A stretch of 64,000 bases of DNA from Deinococcales bacterium (GTDB lineage: Bacteria; Deinococcota; Deinococci; Deinococcales; JAAFIG01): contig JANNVX010000088.1 in assembly GCA_031414595.1 (NCBI GenBank), forward strand, positions 192,001 through 256,000. The letters are read 5' to 3'. The stretch's first letter is position 1. Each line of letters begins with the position of its first letter. This document shows positions 59,830-64,000 of this stretch, in pieces. The position numbers and the translations under genes are program-made. Below the pieces are notes generated by a model that made no database searches, was not told the origin of the DNA, and saw nothing but the letters and a program-made list of their open reading frames with translations.

Positions 59830-60306
59830 ATGCTCAGTGAGGAAGAAAAAAATCAAATTCGACTCGAGGAGAAAACGCAATCTCGAGAACGACTTTCACT
59901 CGAGCAGCAAAGGCAAAAAGCGTTAGCGACTGAACATTACCGCCAAGAAGTTCGTGGGAAATTGCATCGTGACTCAAGAAACTATTGGCTTTTGCTTATT
60001 CCCATTTTATTGGTTGCTGTTGCTTTTATTTTTCAATCCATGTTTTTACCAGTAAAACCTATCCAGCCTGAAGACACGACAGGAGGAATTGCCGATTCCG
60101 AATTTATCAAGCGGTGTGAATCTGAAGTTATTGGACAAATGGGAGGTGAATTAGAAATTTCACAGGAGTATCAAGTTTTTTCAAATGTTGAAGGTAAGCA
60201 ATTGAACGGCTGGGTTGCACCAATAGGTAATGAAGGTAAACCTTTTGAGTTTAGTTGCTCTTACACAGCAATTTCGGACAGCTTAAAAGTCGAAATCATC
60301 AGGTAA
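59830..60306 (+). CDS. Hypothetical single-TM protein
   Basis: Charged coiled-coil N-terminus, a TM helix and a two-Cys C-terminal domain. Confidence 0.7.
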   Translation: MLSEEEKNQIRLEEKTQSRERLSLEQQRQKALATEHYRQEVRGKLHRDSRNYWLLLIPILLVAVAFIFQSMFLPVKPIQPEDTTGGIADSEFIKRCESEVIGQMGGELEISQEYQVFSNVEGKQLNGWVAPIGNEGKPFEFSCSYTAISDSLKVEIIR

Positions 60307-60314
60307 GGAGTTTT

Positions 60315-60842
60315 ATGAAACGAATCAGATTTATGATGATTGGACTTCTTGGCATCGCCACTGCCCAAACCAGCACAATCACCGTGCCTCGAGAAAAAAT
60401 TAGTTTGGTCTGCACCGATGGCTATTTCAAAATCGAACGTATTAACTTTGTGCTGCAAGACGAAACATATCCAACTTGCAAATTGATCATGCCGCTTGCG
60501 CTGCGTGAGCGCTGGGCTGGAAAACGCAATTTTTATGTTGTCCCAAGGGTTAGCGCTAATCTTTTTGCTCGAGACGACAAAGGCAAAGGGCAGTGGTTGC
60601 CGCTTTCGCCACTGGTCAATTCAGGCGAAGATGCTTTTCACAAAGCCATTCCCAGCAAAGGGTATAAGTCCGTAGAGTTAATCGGTCAATTTGGCAAATT
60701 AAGCGAACGGGCTGGCAAGTTAAAACCAGACACCGTTGGCGCTGGCGGTAAGGTCACGGTTTGTGTTTCCCCAGTTTATAGTGGTGAACAGCCGTGTGTG
60801 ACTTTTGATATTACTGCGCGATTTCGGATTTACTCGAGGTAA
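60315..60842 (+). CDS. Hypothetical secreted protein (four Cys)
   Basis: TAAGGAG RBS; signal peptide MKRIRFMMIGLLGIATAQ. Confidence 0.7.
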   Translation: MKRIRFMMIGLLGIATAQTSTITVPREKISLVCTDGYFKIERINFVLQDETYPTCKLIMPLALRERWAGKRNFYVVPRVSANLFARDDKGKGQWLPLSPLVNSGEDAFHKAIPSKGYKSVELIGQFGKLSERAGKLKPDTVGAGGKVTVCVSPVYSGEQPCVTFDITARFRIYSR

Positions 60843-61854
60843 AATTGAGCCTAGGATTGATTTTTTTGGCAACCCAAAGCCCAAGCCAGACCAAACCAGT
60901 TAAAACAAAGACCAGTATGTAATCAATGGCGGGAATACGGATAATTTCGTTCAGTTTGCCCCAACCTCGACCTGAGTAAACATATAAAGCCACAGCACAG
61001 TAAATTCCTAGGATTGTAAAACGAGACCACTGCGGAATTTTGAGTCCGTACAGTTGTGTGACCACCAAAATTCCCGCGAAGCCAAAAGCAAACATTGGCC
61101 AGATATTATTACCTTGTCCAACCGCCACCAATGTGCCATGCAGCAAGACACTAAACTCGAGTGAGAATGTCCACCAACGGTTGACATGTGAGCGTGTGAA
61201 GAACAAACTGCCTTGTAGAATCAATAAGAAGGTGTATATAAAACCAATCAAATGCCCGGGGGTGCTGACCATTGGGTGATACCAAAAAGTGTAAATGGTT
61301 GCCCAAGCAAAAAAATACCCATGGTACTTTTTAATAAAATTAACCACTTCGGTACTTAAAGGTGCGGGTTTACCAAAAAACATCCCTCGGCGTTTGTTTT
61401 CCATAATCAGAACCATCACCAGCAGCACAATCACACTGCCTTGGCTCGAGAAGATACTGACATCTTGGGCAAGACCATCATAAAACAGATGGGTTTGCAC
61501 CAAATGCAGGGTAATAAATAGCGCATTTAAGCCCAGTGCGATGATATTTATTTTGTTCAGCCCGTTGGTGTACTTACCAACCTTGGTTTGAGCGTACCAA
61601 ATTGTCCACCAAATGGCGATTTGATGCAGCACATACAGCACCCAAACGGAAGCCCGAGTCCAAAAAGTCGGTTCGGGCAGTTTCCAATAATAATGAGCCA
61701 CACCCGTATCTGGCGCAAGTCGAATGTTGTTTAAGCGGTCTCCAAGAAACCAGATTAAAGCCGTGAACAGAAAACTAAAAGCAATTCCACCCCATAAAAC
61801 GGAACTACTCGAGAGTGGTTTTTGCTCAGAAACTTTGGGAATTGTGCTTTGCAT
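60811..61854 (-). CDS. Hypothetical integral membrane protein with several His in TM segments
   Basis: About 9-10 hydrophobic segments; HLVQTHLFYDGLAQD, YHGY and TFWYHP. Confidence 0.75.
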   Translation of the reverse strand: MQSTIPKVSEQKPLSSSSVLWGGIAFSFLFTALIWFLGDRLNNIRLAPDTGVAHYYWKLPEPTFWTRASVWVLYVLHQIAIWWTIWYAQTKVGKYTNGLNKINIIALGLNALFITLHLVQTHLFYDGLAQDVSIFSSQGSVIVLLVMVLIMENKRRGMFFGKPAPLSTEVVNFIKKYHGYFFAWATIYTFWYHPMVSTPGHLIGFIYTFLLILQGSLFFTRSHVNRWWTFSLEFSVLLHGTLVAVGQGNNIWPMFAFGFAGILVVTQLYGLKIPQWSRFTILGIYCAVALYVYSGRGWGKLNEIIRIPAIDYILVFVLTGLVWLGLWVAKKINPRLNFTSSKSEIAQ

Positions 61855-61905
61855 GGACTACATCCTGCGCTATACAGAACAAAATCAACTGGTCTTAGCT
61901 CACAA

Positions 61906-64000
61906 TTACGCTGTTGGAAAGATAAACTCGAGGCTCGAGCCAAGGTTTTCTTCGCTGCTGACCTTCATTTCACCACCTGCCAGCGCGACTCGTTCACGCA
62001 TTCCAGCTAAACCAAGATGCCCCTCGAGCAGCAAATTGCCGTTTTGCGTGGCAAAGCCTCGTCCGTCATCTTGTACCAATACTTCTAGGCTGGTCTCGAG
62101 AAATTTAAGGCGTACCGAACAATGGGCAGCCTGAGCATGTTTATCTATATTGGTTAATGCCTCTTGTACCACACGGTAAATGGTCAGTTCTAGGGCGGTT
62201 TCTAAGCGGCGCTCAATGCCTTGCACTTCGAGTCTGGCATCGGTACTGGATTGTTCACACAGCCATTCAAGGGCGGGAATAAGCCCAAGGTCATCCAAGG
62301 CACTCGGACGAAGATTACGACTGAAACGGCGCACACTGGCAATGGCGGCATCTACGTCGGAACGAATATCGCGTACTCGGTCTTTGGCTTGGGCGGTTGG
62401 CATGGTCTCGAGGGCAGTTTCTAAACGGTCAAGCCGGCGGGTGATTGCCACTAAAGTCTGGGCGGTGTCGTCGTGTAGTTCTCGTGCAATACGGCGGCGT
62501 TCTTCTTCGCCAGCTTGGGTGAACAGACTTAAGAACGAGCGCAATTCTGAAGCTCTGGCTTGGGCTTGTCCGCGCTGCGTAATCTCAAGGGCTAGTTTTT
62601 GCTGCTCGGATAAATCACGGGCAATCACCAAGCCGCCTTGTAATTCGCCGTTGCGGTGTAGCGCCGATAACTTTATTTCAAGCATCGCCAAAGTACCATC
62701 AGCCCGTTTTACCTCGGCGGTGAAGGTACTCGAAATCTGTTCCTGCATGGTGCGCCAAGCGGCTCGAGCCTCGTCATAACTGTTCGGCTCGAGTAAATCT
62801 TCAAAGTGACGCTCCAAGAGTTCGTTTGGCGCATAACCTAAAACCTCGAGCGCCGCATTATTGGCGTAAGTCACAATGCCTTCGAGGTCGGTTGAAATAA
62901 TCAGGTCTGTGGCGGCTTCTGCCAGCAAACTGTACTGTTGTTGTTGGGCTTGAATCCGTTCATACAGGCGGGCATTTTGAATCGCTAGGGCGGCTTGTTG
63001 GGCAATCGCGGCGGCTAGACGGGATTCCCGAGCGGTAATTTCGGAAGTTCGGGTGCTGTCGGCATATAAAATCCCCAGCACCTGCCCTTGGACTTGAATC
63101 GGTGCAACCACAAAGGCTTGAGCGCCAAGCAGGGTCGGACCCTCGCTTTCGAGCGATTCATCTTGGGCTTCGTTAATCACAATCGGCTCGAGGTCTAAAA
63201 TCAGTTTAGCAAAGGCTTCATCGGCAATCACAAAGGGTTTAATAAAGCCTTCTAAACCATCTTGAAAACCTTGGGCATATAATTTGCCAATTTCGGCACG
63301 TTGGTTTTGCATATCCAGCAAATCAAAAAATCCAATAAAACTGCGTTCTAAATCCAGCGTCTCGAGGGCTTCACGGCAGACTAAAGCCAGCACTTCATCC
63401 AATTCTAAGGTGCTGCTGGTGACTCGAGCCATCTCGAGCAGGGCGTTTTCATCGGCAAAAGCCCGTGCATTGCCCAGCGCCACCCCAGCTTGAGCCGCAA
63501 ACGCCGATAATGTGCCTTGTTCATCAGGGCTAAAGACTCGGCTTTGAGGAAAATACAATGCCAGCGCCCCGTAAACTTCACCACGAGCCATGAGTGGTGC
63601 AGCCAGAAAATCCGACGCAGCAATCACTTCGGCTTGGTGCGTGGACTCGAGCAATAAATCTAAGCCTTGCCCGAGTAAAGAATCATCTTCGACTCCATAA
63701 CTGGCACGTACCTCGAGTACATTTCGCACTTTTTCAAAGACTGCACAGGAACTTGCGCCCAGTAACTTGACGGCGGTCTCGAGAATCGCTTCTAAAGTCT
63801 GGGAAATACTCAGGCTTTCGGATAAGCGCTGCATGACTAGCCGCAACCCTTCGGCATTTTGGCGTTTGGCACTCTCGAGTGAATAGGAGCGCGAATTTTC
63901 CACCGCCAACGCCATAATTTCAAGCATCGCTTGCCCAAGCGAAACGGTGCGCTCAGTAATCTCTAAGCCGCTTTTGGTGGTGTCGGCATACAGCACCCCA
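61906..64000 (-). CDS. GAF-GAF-PAS sensor histidine kinase (HisKA_3), 5'-truncated
   Basis: ERRRIARELHDDTAQ, QEALTNIDKHA, DDGRGF and GLAGMRER. Confidence 0.93.
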   Translation of the reverse strand, partial: GVLYADTTKSGLEITERTVSLGQAMLEIMALAVENSRSYSLESAKRQNAEGLRLVMQRLSESLSISQTLEAILETAVKLLGASSCAVFEKVRNVLEVRASYGVEDDSLLGQGLDLLLESTHQAEVIAASDFLAAPLMARGEVYGALALYFPQSRVFSPDEQGTLSAFAAQAGVALGNARAFADENALLEMARVTSSTLELDEVLALVCREALETLDLERSFIGFFDLLDMQNQRAEIGKLYAQGFQDGLEGFIKPFVIADEAFAKLILDLEPIVINEAQDESLESEGPTLLGAQAFVVAPIQVQGQVLGILYADSTRTSEITARESRLAAAIAQQAALAIQNARLYERIQAQQQQYSLLAEAATDLIISTDLEGIVTYANNAALEVLGYAPNELLERHFEDLLEPNSYDEARAAWRTMQEQISSTFTAEVKRADGTLAMLEIKLSALHRNGELQGGLVIARDLSEQQKLALEITQRGQAQARASELRSFLSLFTQAGEEERRRIARELHDDTAQTLVAITRRLDRLETALETMPTAQAKDRVRDIRSDVDAAIASVRRFSRNLRPSALDDLGLIPALEWLCEQSSTDARLEVQGIERRLETALELTIYRVVQEALTNIDKHAQAAHCSVRLKFLETSLEVLVQDDGRGFATQNGNLLLEGHLGLAGMRERVALAGGEMKVSSEENLGSSLEFIFPTA

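Noticed and set aside
908-63623. Numerous antisense and alternate-frame ORFs of 60-250 aa
   Set aside because: They are shadows of well-supported genes and have no recognisable motifs.
1-64000. CTCGAG excess as a pure Leu-Glu codon effect or a cloning scar
   Set aside because: It occurs in all three frames and in intergenic stems, and the ORFs stay intact and motif-conserved across the sites.

Overview
A gene-dense bacterial chromosome segment, most likely from a Deinococcota lineage. Support for this is a clear IrrE/PprI metalloprotease, a DUF4384 protein and many leaderless starts. GC is only about 45-50% by eye, low for that phylum. It holds about 50 CDS and tRNA-Ser(GGA). Recognisable systems are a PucR-linked polyamine uptake and catabolism operon (ABC transporter, GabT, aminoaldehyde dehydrogenase), a separate flavin amine oxidase, two STAND/SARP-like NTPase-TPR regulators beside surface lipoprotein or protease genes, and a divergent ECF sigma/anti-sigma pair with a P460-like cytochrome. 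An uncharacterised four-gene operon lies at the left edge. The strongest unexplained signal covers the whole window: the palindrome CTCGAG is highly iterated (31 copies hand-counted in the first 6 kb, about 20x random expectation). It occurs in all reading frames and in terminator stems, like a HIP1-type motif. Also seen are heptamer tandem-repeat hairpins, a REP/MITE-like element, two short tandem duplications, a nonsense-split WD40-PEGA gene and two gene remnants. I found no CRISPR array, integrase or prophage. All product calls come from motif recognition by eye, not database searches.
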